NCBI GenBank assembly: GCA_963664015.2
Contig: CAXXLF010000002.1
Coordinates: 1,601,008-1,665,007, forward strand
Reading direction: 5' to 3'
DNA length: 64,000 nucleotides
From: Candidatus Binatia bacterium
GTDB lineage: Bacteria > Desulfobacterota > Binatia > UBA9968 > CAXXLF01
The notes beneath the pieces were generated by a model. That model saw only the letters and a list, made by a program, of their open reading frames with translations. It was not told where the DNA came from and searched no databases. Below, one piece after another: positions 47,519 to 57,751 of the stretch. Numbering within the stretch: the stretch's first letter is position 1; each line of letters opens with the position of its first letter. The position numbers were made by a program, and so were the translations under genes.

Positions 47519-48896
47519 ATGGAACTCAAAAGGGAGTTGGGACGATTCGACGCAATGATGCTGATCGCCGGGAGCATGATCGGGATTGGTATTTTTGTCA
47601 CCACGGGATTAATTGCACAGCAAGTCTCTTCTCCTGGACTCATCCTTTTAGTCTGGCTTATCGGCGGTCTCCTCGCCCTGGCCGGGGCACTCAGCCGTGC
47701 CGAACTCGGCGTTAGCCTGCCCTTCGCCGGTGGCGACTACGTCTACCTTAAAAGAGGCGTATGGTTCGCCGCTTGCTTTCTTGTCCGGGTGGGCTAGTTT
47801 TTTCGTTACCTTCTCGGGTTCCGCAGCCTCCCTGGCTGTCGGATTTACCCAGTACATCGCCTTTTTTCTCCCCGCCCTGGAGCGCGGGAAATCACTGTCC
47901 AGTTTCGAGATGTTAGGATTTTTGTACCAGCTATCGCTGGCATCGATCTTTTCCATTGGAGTGATCCTGTTGCTCTCAGTCATTCAGGTCGTAGGAATCC
48001 GAGAGGGAAGTCGGGTTCAAAATCTCTTAACCCTATTAAAAATCGGAGCACTTCTCTGTATTGTCTTTCTTGGAGTCAGCTTGGGGAAGGGGAACCTGAG
48101 CCACTTTTCCCCGTTCTTGGAATTCTCGCGGATCAATAGTTGGACGGTCCTTGGCACCGCCTTTATCCCCGTTATCTTCACCTACGCGGGATGGAATGCG
48201 GTGATCTATATGGCTGGCGAGGTGAAAACCCCGTCCAAGGATTTACCCCACTCTCTCCTCTGGGCCAACCTTTTGGTGATCGTCCTCTATCTGGCAGTCA
48301 ATGGAGTCTACCTATACGCCGTGCCGACCGAAAACATGCACAGGGTAGTTCGTGTGGCCGAAGTGGCAACCACAGCTCTATTTGGTTACCAGGCTTCCGC
48401 GTGGATTACGGCAATCATTGCCCTGTCCATTCTGGGGGCCATGAATGCCATCATTATGACCGGCCCGCGGATTTACTATGCGATGGCGCGTGATGGATTC
48501 TTTTTTCGTAGCCTGGCGCGGGTTCACCCCCGGTTTCACACCCCCAGCCGCGCCATCGCGCTACAAGCCCTTTGGGCCTCGGTCCTCGTCCTCACAGGGA
48601 CATTCGAGACCCTGTTAACTTATGTGAGCGTTATCATCGTCCTGTTTTCCGCGCTCACCGTGGGTTCGGTTCTGGTCTTGCGCTACCGGAGACCGGAACT
48701 CACGCGCCCATACAAGATATGGGGCTACCCCTACGTCCCCGCTCTATTCATTCTCGCCCATCTGGGAATTGCCCTCGCCACCCTCTGGGAAAAACCTATG
48801 GAGTCTTTCCTGGGCGCCGGTATCGTTTTCCTTGGAATTCCCGCTTATATCTACTGGTCGCGAACCCAACGGCACGAGCGGCCCTCGGGCCTTTGA
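47519..48896 (+). pseudogene. APC-superfamily amino-acid permease with a 1-nt frameshift in an A4 run
   Basis: The N-terminal 77 aa (..AELGVSLPFAGGDYVYLK) are in ORF 47519..47797. The continuation (EAYGSPLAFLSGWASFFV...) is in ORF 47697..48896. The junction is AAAA at 47750-47753. Confidence 0.8.
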
Positions 48897-49089
48897 CCCA
48901 TCTCATCTATTGGCCGTAAACTCATTTAGTGTTATGAATAATTGACTAGAATCCAGGATATAGAGTTCAGAAGACAGATTTTCCCAAGAACAACCCGACG
49001 ATACACGTTTCAAGAGGCATGGGTTTTTATTCTCGATTCCGACACATCAAAGTTGAAATCTGTCTTCCCACTGAATCCCTCGAATCGCT

Positions 49090-49701
49090 ATGGCGATCAG
49101 AATCAATCGCGTTTATACCCGAACAGGTGACAAGGGCGTGACGGCCCTTGTGGGAGGCAAGCGGGTCCCCAAGGACTCTGCCCGGATCGAGGCCTATGGT
49201 ACGGTCGACGAGCTCAACTCGGTTCTCGGCCTGGCGCGGGTCTTCAACGAAGAGCGGCTCACCGAGGGAGAGGCCCACCGATTTCTCGATCAGGTCCTGC
49301 GCGACATCCAGCAGGAGCTTTTTGACCTGGGCAGCGAACTGGCAACCCCACCGGAGGCAGCCCGAGAGGGGATGCCCCGTATGGGAGAGGAGCGGGTCAA
49401 GCGAATCGAAGAGATCATTGATCATTGCCAGCAGGGTCTTGAACCGCTCAATTCGTTTATCCTTCCGGGGGGCGGAAGGATCGCGGGCTATCTGCACCAG
49501 TGTCGAACGGTCTGCCGCCGAGCCGAGCGTGAGATCCTCCGATTGTCGCGCATCGAGGAGACAGGTGAATGGGCCATCAAGTATATCAACCGACTGAGTG
49601 ATCTCTTTTTCGTGCTCTCCCGCTGGGTGGGCAAGCATCTTGGGGAAAAAGAATACCTGTGGGAGAGAGGTCTGGAGCAGAAACCCACGAGGGAAAAATA
49701 G
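49090..49701 (+). CDS. ATP:cob(I)alamin adenosyltransferase, PduO type
   Basis: 203 aa with [10 protein letters not shown]....[19 protein letters not shown]. Confidence 0.85.
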   Translation: MAIRINRVYTRTGDKGVTALVGGKRVPKDSARIEAYGTVDELNSVLGLARVFNEERLTEGEAHRFLDQVLRDIQQELFDLGSELATPPEAAREGMPRMGEERVKRIEEIIDHCQQGLEPLNSFILPGGGRIAGYLHQCRTVCRRAEREILRLSRIEETGEWAIKYINRLSDLFFVLSRWVGKHLGEKEYLWERGLEQKPTREK

Positions 49702-49714
49702 CAGGGAGGCATCC

Positions 49715-50485
49715 ATGGAAGGTCTGAAGGGAAAGAAAGGCGTTATCTTTGGCGTTGCCAACGACAAAAGCATAGCGTGGGGAATTGCGCAGATGCTGCA
49801 CGAGGAAGGGGCGGAATTGGCCTTCACCTATGCCGGAGAAATCTTAGAGAAACGCGTCAGACCCCTGGCCGCAGGGGTAGGGTCCAATATCGTCCTTCCC
49901 TGCGACGTCACCAAGGACGACGAGATCGAGCCGGTTTTCAAGACCCTCAAAGAAAAATGGGGGGGTCTCGATTTTCTCGTTCATGCCATCGCCTATGCCA
50001 ACAAGGAGGATCTCACCAATCCCTTTGTGAACACGAGCCGTGCGGGTTTTCATTTGGCGCTGGATATTAGCAGCTACTCCCTAGTCGCCTTGGCACGCCA
50101 AGCGGCTCCACTCATGGAGGGGCGTAAGGGGGCTATTCTAACGATGACCTATTTGGGTGCTGAAAAGGTTATTCCCAACTACAATGTGATGGGAGTGGCC
50201 AAGGCCGCCCTCGAAGCCAGTGTAAAGTATCTCGCCTATGACCTGGGCCCCAAGGGGACCCGAGTCAATGCCATCTCGGCGGGCCCCGTCCGAACCCTTG
50301 CCGCTTCCGGGATCAGCGGATTCAAAGAGATGCTTCACTACAGCAGCGAGAGGGCTCCGTTGAAGAGAAACATCGATCAGGAGGAAGTGGGACGAACGGC
50401 CCTCTACTTACTCAGCGACATGGCAAGCGCCGTGACCGGAGAAGTTCTCCATGTGGACGCCGGTTACAACATTATGGGAATGTGA
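49715..50485 (+). CDS. fabI: enoyl-[acyl-carrier-protein] reductase (NADH)
   Basis: GGGAGG precedes ATG 49715. [25 protein letters not shown]... is followed by the Y..x6..K context ([12 protein letters not shown]). Confidence 0.9.
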   Translation: MEGLKGKKGVIFGVANDKSIAWGIAQMLHEEGAELAFTYAGEILEKRVRPLAAGVGSNIVLPCDVTKDDEIEPVFKTLKEKWGGLDFLVHAIAYANKEDLTNPFVNTSRAGFHLALDISSYSLVALARQAAPLMEGRKGAILTMTYLGAEKVIPNYNVMGVAKAALEASVKYLAYDLGPKGTRVNAISAGPVRTLAASGISGFKEMLHYSSERAPLKRNIDQEEVGRTALYLLSDMASAVTGEVLHVDAGYNIMGM

Positions 50486-50496
50486 TCGGAAATGCT

Positions 50497-50688
50497 GTCA
50501 GCCGAGCAAAGAAAGACAGTAAGCAGTTGGCAGTGAGCAGCCAGAAACCCGGAGCTGATAAGCTAGGTGCTCATAGCTAAACTTCCTCAGTCCTGTCTTA
50601 CTGCTACCAGCTTGCTGTCTTTTTTAATCTGTTGCCCTGCTGCATACTGCCTACTGTAAGCTGTCTTACTGTTTTGCGAAAGGAGTCA
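50497..50688. repeat. intergenic repeat family, copy F (two tail modules in inverted orientation, forming a long imperfect palindrome)
   Basis: The left arm gcaaagaaagacagtaagcagttggcagtgagcagcc and right arm ctgcatactgcctactgtaagctgtcttactgttttgcg resemble the ...ccgcctactgcttgctgccgactgtcttactgatttgcg tail of copy C in both orientations. Confidence 0.5.
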
Positions 50689-50691
50689 TCC

Positions 50692-51132
50692 ATGTCCATC
50701 AAAGAAATCGACCCCCAGGCGGCTTTCGAGATGCTCAAGTCAGGAAGCGGCTGTGTTTATATCGACGTTCGCACGGTACCCGAGTTCGAAGCCGGTCATC
50801 CGGAAGGCGCGGTCAATATCCCCATTGCCCTGCCCGATCCCGCCCGGGGCATGGCAATGAATGATCAATTCACTCAAGTGGTAGAAGCCCACTACCCCAA
50901 GGAGATGACGATCCTCGTCGGGTGCCAGGCGGGCCCTCGTTCGACCGCAGCGGCACGTCTACTCGAACAGACAGGATTCCAAGATGTCTCAAACGTCCGG
51001 GGAGGGTTTGGCGGCATGCGTGATCCTTCGGGGCAGATCATTGCCCCCGGTTGGTCCAGCCTGGGACTACCCGTGAGCCAGGACAACGGAGAGAACGTGA
51101 GTTACGCGTCCCTGACCGCCAAGGCAAAGTGA
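50692..51132 (+). CDS. rhodanese-domain sulfurtransferase
   Basis: ATG 50692. YIDVRT..EF..GH..GA.NIP and the active-site loop CQAGPRS are present. Confidence 0.8.
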   Translation: MSIKEIDPQAAFEMLKSGSGCVYIDVRTVPEFEAGHPEGAVNIPIALPDPARGMAMNDQFTQVVEAHYPKEMTILVGCQAGPRSTAAARLLEQTGFQDVSNVRGGFGGMRDPSGQIIAPGWSSLGLPVSQDNGENVSYASLTAKAK

Positions 51133-51800
51133 CCTCCCCTCTGTACTTCAAGCAAATCGAGATGGGGCCCATGCGGAATTTCGTCTATCTGCTTGGCTCA
51201 ACCGAATCCCGCAAGACCGCAGTGGTGGACGCCGCATGGGACATCGGCGAGATCCTCCGCATCGCCGCCGAAGACGAGATGGAGATCACCCACGCCTTCG
51301 TGACCCACTGTCACCCGGACCACATTGGCGGCGAATTCTCCGGCGTTCACATTCAAGGACTCACCGAGTTACTGGAGCAGGTAAAATCCAAAGTCGTGGT
51401 GCACAAGGCGGAAGCCGATTTCCTTTCTTTTCTAACGCCGACGGACACCATCAAGGTCGAGAGCGGTGATGTTATCGACATCGGCGGAGTCAGTATTAAA
51501 CTCCTTCACACTCCCGGGCACACCCCTGGCTCCCAATGCTTTCTTATTGGAAACCGCCTGGTTTCTGGGGATACTCTGTTTATCGGTTCCTGCGGCCGGG
51601 TGGACTTTCCCGGAGGAAATGCCGAGGAGATGTACACTAGTTTAACCCAGAGGTTGATGGCTCTGCCCGATGAAACCGTTCTCTTCCCGGGGCACAACTA
51701 TGCCCAGCAGGAGGCATCCACAATAGGGGAACAGAAAAAGACCAATCCCTATCTTCAGTTTCAGTCATTAACTCAATTCCTCGCCGCAATGGGTTATTGA
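51129..51800 (+). CDS. MBL-fold hydrolase, persulfide dioxygenase (ETHE1)/glyoxalase II-like
   Basis: GTG 51129 overlaps the rhodanese TGA (GTGA). THCHPDHIGG, HTPGHTPGS and GDTLFIGSCGRVDFPGG...LFPGHNY...STIGEQKKTNPYL are present. Confidence 0.7.
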   Translation: MTSPLYFKQIEMGPMRNFVYLLGSTESRKTAVVDAAWDIGEILRIAAEDEMEITHAFVTHCHPDHIGGEFSGVHIQGLTELLEQVKSKVVVHKAEADFLSFLTPTDTIKVESGDVIDIGGVSIKLLHTPGHTPGSQCFLIGNRLVSGDTLFIGSCGRVDFPGGNAEEMYTSLTQRLMALPDETVLFPGHNYAQQEASTIGEQKKTNPYLQFQSLTQFLAAMGY

Positions 51801-52284
51801 TAATTTTAAAAAAATGATCCTTGGCGTCGCCGGACACGTCAATGACACTATCGAAGAGCTTGAAACGGTACTGAAAATTAATCCAGACTTCAGATCCCCC
51901 CGGGGAGAGCTCGACGGTCTGGCCTAAGTAAGGTGATCGACTAGAAACGCGCAGTTCCACTCCTGATCTTGGCTCCCGACACATTTTATTCCAAGACTAG
52001 ATTTCTGCTCAGCTCTCCCATATACCACTAACAATCCATAATATTAGCCATTTACCCAGGACGCCCATCCGAATACGGCCAGGACTCCACTACGAAGAGG
52101 AAGGGGGAGTATTGACCTTGCCGGATTTAAATTTTAGAATGCCGTTCTTAAAATTAAGCCTGGTTGGTCCGGGCTATTAGTCGGAATATTTCATCAGAAA
52201 AACTAGTAATTTTACGAGTTCCCACAGCAGCCGTTTCGTCCTACAGTTCGGTGAAATGCCAAAAACAGTTTTGGCGATATCATT

Positions 52285-53061
52285 ATGGTCCTGTTATTCG
52301 GGGCACTCGGCTGGTGCATGGTTCGCCTGGACTGGCAACGCCCCCCTCTGCTTCTAGGACTGGTGTTAGGGCACATTGCTGAAAGCAACTTTTTTATTTC
52401 TACCAAAATCTACGGTGCTTCCTGGCTCGCCCACCCCGGGGTCATAGTCATTATCGTTTTGATCCTTGCCGCCCTCCTATATCCAATGTTTCAGGCCTGG
52501 CAGAAAAGGCATCAGCAAGACGGGGAGTCACTCGATGAAGGCCCCGTGGCACCTACTGAAAGAACCGAGGAAGTCACTCCCGGAAGTCGTGCCATATTCA
52601 GTGTTTTTTCCTTCGCCTTGGTCCTCGTTTTCATCTATGTACTGGCTGAGGCCTTCTTCGGATTCGGCGTCGAGACCGAGCAAGCGGCCCTTTTCCCTAT
52701 AATGATTGGAATCCCGGGATTGGCACTGTCTCTTGTGGCCTTTGGAAAAGAGCTGACCCTTACCCATCGGGTAGTCCAGATTGAGGAAGGAGAACCGGTT
52801 GAACCGAGTGTGGCTCGCCGGAGGATGGTTATGGGCATCGGCTGGGTCATGGGGTTTTTCGTTTTCATCTGGCTTTTGGGTTTTACCACCGCCAGTCTCG
52901 TTGCCACTTTTTCCTACCTCAAATTCGGGGCGGGCGAGAAATGGCCGATCACGGTAGTCCTAACGTTTTTTGCTTGGGTCTTTTTCTACGGTATCTTCGA
53001 CTACATGCTTCATCTCCCGTTTCCTCCAGGCGTGCTCTTTACCTGGTTGGGAATGGATTAA
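52285..53061 (+). CDS. membrane ORF with a TctA C-terminal-like segment joined to a TctB-like 4-TM region (possible remnant of a tripartite tricarboxylate transporter locus)
   Basis: The first roughly 65 aa (LLFGALGWCMVRLDWQRPPLLLGLVLGHIAESNFF...) resemble the end of TctA. No TctA body lies upstream, only a short TctA-like fragment in another frame (52164..52382). Confidence 0.35.
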   Translation: MVLLFGALGWCMVRLDWQRPPLLLGLVLGHIAESNFFISTKIYGASWLAHPGVIVIIVLILAALLYPMFQAWQKRHQQDGESLDEGPVAPTERTEEVTPGSRAIFSVFSFALVLVFIYVLAEAFFGFGVETEQAALFPIMIGIPGLALSLVAFGKELTLTHRVVQIEEGEPVEPSVARRRMVMGIGWVMGFFVFIWLLGFTTASLVATFSYLKFGAGEKWPITVVLTFFAWVFFYGIFDYMLHLPFPPGVLFTWLGMD

Positions 53062-53133
53062 ATTCGTAAAAACTCCGGTTCAAAACCAATTCAAGCGGTA
53101 ACCGACTCAACCGTTCATACTAATCATTGGATC

Positions 53134-54567
53134 ATGACCTGTATTGCACGTCTTCAGGTCTCAAACTATAATTCCATCTGCATGTATCTATCATCGCTCT
53201 ATATAGTGGCGCTGGCCTTTTTATTCACCGGATGCGGCTCTTCCCTGTCCAAGGCCGTACCGGGCTTCAAGTCCGTCACCATAGCAGACGAGATAAAGAT
53301 CGGCCGGCAATTTCGCCGGGATGCGAGGAAACACCTGCGGTTTATACACCAGCCAGAGATCGAAGTTTACGTTAATCAGATCGGTCGGCGGATTCTCGCA
53401 TTCATGGGACCCCAGCCCTATGAGTACCGCTTTTTCGTTGTAGAGAATCCGCAATTGAACGCCTTTGCCGTCCCCGCGGGTTCCATCTATATCCATTCGG
53501 GACTTATCCAGCGGGTTCGCAATACCGACGAACTCGCCTACGTCGTAGGACACGAGATCATTCACGTGAAGGGACGCCACATGGCTCGTCTCTCCGAACC
53601 CGATCCGATGAAATATATTGGACTACTGGGGGTCTTTCTGACGGCGGCGGGCCCTGAGGCAGGCGCCGCCGGAACCCTAGGGAGTGCCATCGCAACAACT
53701 AGTCGGCTCAGCTACACCCGTTCCCTGGAAAGGGAGGCTGACAATTTGGGGGTAAAGTACATGGCCGAAGCCGGCTTTGACCCCAACGGCTCCCTCAATT
53801 TTTTGAAGATCCTCGACGAGGAAAGGCTAATGAACCCTGCCGGTATTCCTCCTTACCTACTAACCCACCCCTTGTCCACGAATCGAATCGGTTCGGTTGA
53901 GGCTATGATTCGCTCTCTTCGACCCTTTCGTAAGAGCCGACACTCAACTGATCCCATCAAACGAATTCAGCTTTTGCTCCGGCTCAATACAGCTGAAGGA
54001 TCCGGCGCGAGCGACAAGAATAGAAAACCGGGGAGTGAAGTGCCACAAGGTGCTGAGAATCTGCATCTGCGCGGGATAGAACACTTCACCAAGGGCCAAT
54101 GGGCCGAGGCGAAGGAGATCTATCAAAGGGTCAGATATTTGGAGCCTGAGAGCCCGGGGTTGGACCGCGACCTGGGTCAGGTCTACACCCAATTGGGGGA
54201 ATATCCGCGCGCCCATGAAGCCTTTCATCGGGCCCTGACCCAGGATCCGAGAGAGCCTTTAAACTACTTCTACCTCGGTGAACTCTTTGAAAAGGAATCC
54301 CAATGGCGCGACGCCGCACGGGCCTACTCCCGGGCACTCGATTTACTCCCCTTGTGGGCCGAACCCGCACGACGACTGAGCGGTGTATACCGCAAGCTGA
54401 ACCGTTTGGGAGATTCTTATTCTTATCTGGCTCGCTACCACCTGTCCCTGGACGCAGATCGGGAGGCCCTTAAAGCCCTGGATAAGGCTTCCATGCAATA
54501 CGACCCCTCTTCGCTTCAACGTCAGATGATTCAGGACGAGATGCAAGCCATCCGCGAGAGGGATTAG
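53134..54567 (+). CDS. M48-family Zn metalloprotease with C-terminal TPR repeats (BepA-like lipoprotein)
   Basis: 477 aa with a lipobox (LFTGC), HEIIHVKGRH, a downstream E and TPR-like repeats. Confidence 0.8.
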   Translation: MTCIARLQVSNYNSICMYLSSLYIVALAFLFTGCGSSLSKAVPGFKSVTIADEIKIGRQFRRDARKHLRFIHQPEIEVYVNQIGRRILAFMGPQPYEYRFFVVENPQLNAFAVPAGSIYIHSGLIQRVRNTDELAYVVGHEIIHVKGRHMARLSEPDPMKYIGLLGVFLTAAGPEAGAAGTLGSAIATTSRLSYTRSLEREADNLGVKYMAEAGFDPNGSLNFLKILDEERLMNPAGIPPYLLTHPLSTNRIGSVEAMIRSLRPFRKSRHSTDPIKRIQLLLRLNTAEGSGASDKNRKPGSEVPQGAENLHLRGIEHFTKGQWAEAKEIYQRVRYLEPESPGLDRDLGQVYTQLGEYPRAHEAFHRALTQDPREPLNYFYLGELFEKESQWRDAARAYSRALDLLPLWAEPARRLSGVYRKLNRLGDSYSYLARYHLSLDADREALKALDKASMQYDPSSLQRQMIQDEMQAIRERD

Positions 54568-54644
54568 AACAAGGCAACCTATCAACTTGGCACGCAGTCG
54601 GCGGTGTTCCTCTCCCGAGTCCCGCTGTAACATAGGGTTACGGC

Positions 54645-57050
54645 TCAGTGGTAGAGTTCCAGTAACTCTACCATACCGAGGTTGCGCATCTGGCTAAAGA
54701 TATAACGTTTGATCTCATCCACCGTATCCATTCGCAGGGCCTCACCGGCGATCTTCATAGCGGCCTGGTAAGATACGGAACGGATGACCTTCTTGGCTAC
54801 GGGGATATACAGGGGCTCCATACTGAACTCCTCCAAGCCCATTCCTATCAGAAGTAGCGTCGCAAGAGGGTCTCCCGCCATTTCACCGCACATGGCAATC
54901 GGCTTTCCTTCTTTCTTGGCCGCCTCAATGACCTGCATCAGGGCCGAAAGGACAGCGGGGTGAAGAGACTCATAGAGACTCGCCACCCTGCGATTGCCCC
55001 GGTCTACCGCCAATAGGTACTGAATGAGATCGTTGGTCCCAATGCTAACGAAATCCACCTCACGGACCAGCCTGCCGATCAACTGAACCGCAGCCGGAAC
55101 CTCAAGCATGATGCCTAATTCCATGTTCCGGTCAAAGGCGACACCTTCGACATCCAGTTCCTGCTTGACCTCGGTAAGGATTCCTTTCACCTTTGAAATC
55201 TCCTCAAGACCCGAGACCATAGGGATGAGCAAACGTACGGGACCCAGGGCTCCCACTTTTAGAATTGCCCGCAACTGGGTCTTGAAAATTCCCGATAGCT
55301 CAAGGGAAATCCGGATGGAGCGCAGACCGAGGAAGGGGTTCGGCTCCGCGACCGCCTTTTGCACATAGGGAGGATACTTATCAGCACCAACGTCAAGGGT
55401 TCGGATCGTGACTGGCATGCCACGCATCCCTTCCACCACTCGACGGTAAAGGGCGTACTGTTGATCTTCGCTAGGAAAGTCGTACTGGGCGAGAAAGGGG
55501 ATTTCCGTTCGATAGAGCCCGATCCCCTGGGCCCCATGCTGGTGGGCAAAGGTTATATCGGTCAGTAGACCGACATTGGCGTAAAGGGAAACCCGATGAC
55601 CGTCCACCGTTTCGGCGGGAAGATTCCGAATCTCATCGAGCTTGCGGCTGAAGGCAAGATAATCCCCTTCCAGACGCTCGTACTCTTGCAGGACCTCCGT
55701 ACTCGGGTTGACAAAGACAACACCCGAATTGCCGTCCACGATCAGGGAGGTGCCCGGTCGCACGTTTTCCAGTAGTCCGGTCACTCCGACGACCGTCGGG
55801 ATCTCAAAGGACTTGGCCAAAAGCGAGGCATGGGAGGTCACGCCACCGGTGGACAGTACAATACCACGCAGGTGATTTCCCTGAATGAGCGTGACGTCCG
55901 CCGGTGATAGATCTTCCGCCACCAGAATTGCATCCTTGGGTAAAATGAGCGGTCTCCCCTTGGCCCCAGACAGATTATCCAATACCCGTTGCGCCGCGTC
56001 CCGCACATCCGCCCCCCGCTCCTTCAAGTAGCGGTCGCCAATTTGGGTAATGGTTTCAAGGTGCTTGAGGAATACCTGTGTCACGGCGTATTCGGCATTA
56101 CAGTGGCCCTTACGGATTCGAGCTTCGATCTGACCATGTAACGCAGGATCATCGAGGATCAATCGGTGAACTTCGAAGATGGCTCCGGCCTCTTCACAAA
56201 TCAGGTCGTTCATCTGGTATCTGAGCCTGATGACCTGATCAATGGCATGTTTAACCCCCTCCCGAAACCGCTCGATTTCTTTCTGAACGTTCCGTATTCG
56301 AACCCGTTTGACCAGACTCAACTCATTGCGCGCCGGCATGACATGAACGATCCCATAACCAAAACCCGGTGCCGCCGCAAGGCCGGTTAGTCGGGCGCGC
56401 CACTTTTGTCTTCCTCCCCGTCCACTCTTTTCCCGGCGTCTCTTCCCCTCATAGGTCCGAAGCCTCTTCAGGGCGTTTACCATACGTTTGCGGTAGTCCC
56501 TACGTTCCCGATCCTTGTCTTCCAGTGATTCGGCTAGCCGCGCTTGTATAATAATGCTCGAGACCTGACTGGCAATGGCCTTAAGCAAACGTACCTCATC
56601 GGGCAAGAACTCACGCCGACGCGAAGTCTGAACGACCAGGACGCCAATAATAGCCCCCTTGTCAATGAGAGGACCTCCTAGAAAGGAATGGAAGCGTTCT
56701 TCGCCGGTTTCAGGGAAGTACTTGTAACGGGGGTGCGTCAAGGCGTCCGCTACGGCAAAGGGAGCCATTTGCTCGATCACCAGACCCGTCAACCCCTCAT
56801 GAATCCCCATGGAGACCTTCCCCACGGACTTCTGCTCCAGGCCCGTGGTTGCACAGAGAGTTAGTCGAGTCCCCTGTTCTTCCAATAGATAGATGGAACA
56901 GACCTCCGTCTCCATGCGCTGGATAATGATTCCAACAATACTTCCTAGCGTTTCCTGCAGATCCTCCGAGTGACTGATTAGGGAACTAATATGCTCAAGG
57001 GTCTCCAGATGGGGAGCCGTCCGACTTGTGATTTTATTCATCTTCGACAT
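54645..57050 (-). CDS. ptsP: phosphoenolpyruvate--protein phosphotransferase with an N-terminal GAF domain (EI-Ntr)
   Basis: 801 aa with a GAF domain, the phospho-His region (GGVTSHASLLA) and the PEP-utilising TIM barrel (GTNDL, CGE). Confidence 0.9.
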   Translation of the reverse strand: MSKMNKITSRTAPHLETLEHISSLISHSEDLQETLGSIVGIIIQRMETEVCSIYLLEEQGTRLTLCATTGLEQKSVGKVSMGIHEGLTGLVIEQMAPFAVADALTHPRYKYFPETGEERFHSFLGGPLIDKGAIIGVLVVQTSRRREFLPDEVRLLKAIASQVSSIIIQARLAESLEDKDRERRDYRKRMVNALKRLRTYEGKRRREKSGRGGRQKWRARLTGLAAAPGFGYGIVHVMPARNELSLVKRVRIRNVQKEIERFREGVKHAIDQVIRLRYQMNDLICEEAGAIFEVHRLILDDPALHGQIEARIRKGHCNAEYAVTQVFLKHLETITQIGDRYLKERGADVRDAAQRVLDNLSGAKGRPLILPKDAILVAEDLSPADVTLIQGNHLRGIVLSTGGVTSHASLLAKSFEIPTVVGVTGLLENVRPGTSLIVDGNSGVVFVNPSTEVLQEYERLEGDYLAFSRKLDEIRNLPAETVDGHRVSLYANVGLLTDITFAHQHGAQGIGLYRTEIPFLAQYDFPSEDQQYALYRRVVEGMRGMPVTIRTLDVGADKYPPYVQKAVAEPNPFLGLRSIRISLELSGIFKTQLRAILKVGALGPVRLLIPMVSGLEEISKVKGILTEVKQELDVEGVAFDRNMELGIMLEVPAAVQLIGRLVREVDFVSIGTNDLIQYLLAVDRGNRRVASLYESLHPAVLSALMQVIEAAKKEGKPIAMCGEMAGDPLATLLLIGMGLEEFSMEPLYIPVAKKVIRSVSYQAAMKIAGEALRMDTVDEIKRYIFSQMRNLGMVELLELYH

Positions 57051-57191
57051 TAGGAATGTATTGTATGCGAATCAATCGGCAAAATTCAATGGGCCCAAGG
57101 GAGCAGGCCTCCGTGGCCGGTTTGACCTCCCAGAGGGTAAATGCTAACAATCTGACTTCAGTCGCCGCCCATTGTACCATTTGAAGTCACT

Positions 57192-57740
57192 ATGGAAGAA
57201 GAAATCCGGTCCCTCCTAAAATCCATCGGTGAGGACCCCGATCGAGAGGGTCTACTGAAGACTCCCTTCAGGGTCGCCGAGTCACTTCGGTTCCTCACCC
57301 GGGGATATCAACAGAATCTGGACAAGGTGTTCAACGATGCCATGTTCACGGAAGACTATGAAGAGATGATTGTGCAGCGGGACATCGATTTTTTTTCGCT
57401 GTGTGAACATCACCTGCTTCCTTTTTTTGGCAGAGCGCACGTGGCCTATATCCCACAGCACAAGATCGTTGGTATTTCCAAGCTGGCACGCCTGGTCGAC
57501 TACTACGCTCGCAGGCTTCAGGTCCAGGAACGCCTCACCAACCAGATCGCGACGACGATTATGGAGAAGCTCAACCCCCTTGGCGCTGGGGTCGTTGTCG
57601 AGGCTGAACATCTCTGCATGCGAATGCGGGGGGTGGAAAAACAGAATTCAATGATGATAACCAGCACCCTTTTGGGAGTCTTCAGAACTCACCAGGACAC
57701 ACGGGCCGAATTTATGAACCTCATCCGTCGAAGCACCTAA
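57192..57740 (+). CDS. folE: GTP cyclohydrolase I
   Basis: 182 aa with [20 protein letters not shown] and the QVQERLT motif. Confidence 0.95.
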   Translation: MEEEIRSLLKSIGEDPDREGLLKTPFRVAESLRFLTRGYQQNLDKVFNDAMFTEDYEEMIVQRDIDFFSLCEHHLLPFFGRAHVAYIPQHKIVGISKLARLVDYYARRLQVQERLTNQIATTIMEKLNPLGAGVVVEAEHLCMRMRGVEKQNSMMITSTLLGVFRTHQDTRAEFMNLIRRST

Positions 57741-57751
57741 CCTTCTATTCC

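Noticed and set aside
48900-49089. Cobalamin riboswitch upstream of the PduO-type adenosyltransferase (CCCACTG resembles the B12 box)
   Set aside because: The GGGAA...GGTGAAAATCC-type core elements I expect are absent, and only a 7-nt partial box is present.
30627-50690. CRISPR array suggested by recurring short words (cagtaag, cagcaag, ctgacagctga)
   Set aside because: There is no regular repeat-spacer periodicity, no exact direct repeats of 20 nt or more in tandem, and no cas genes.
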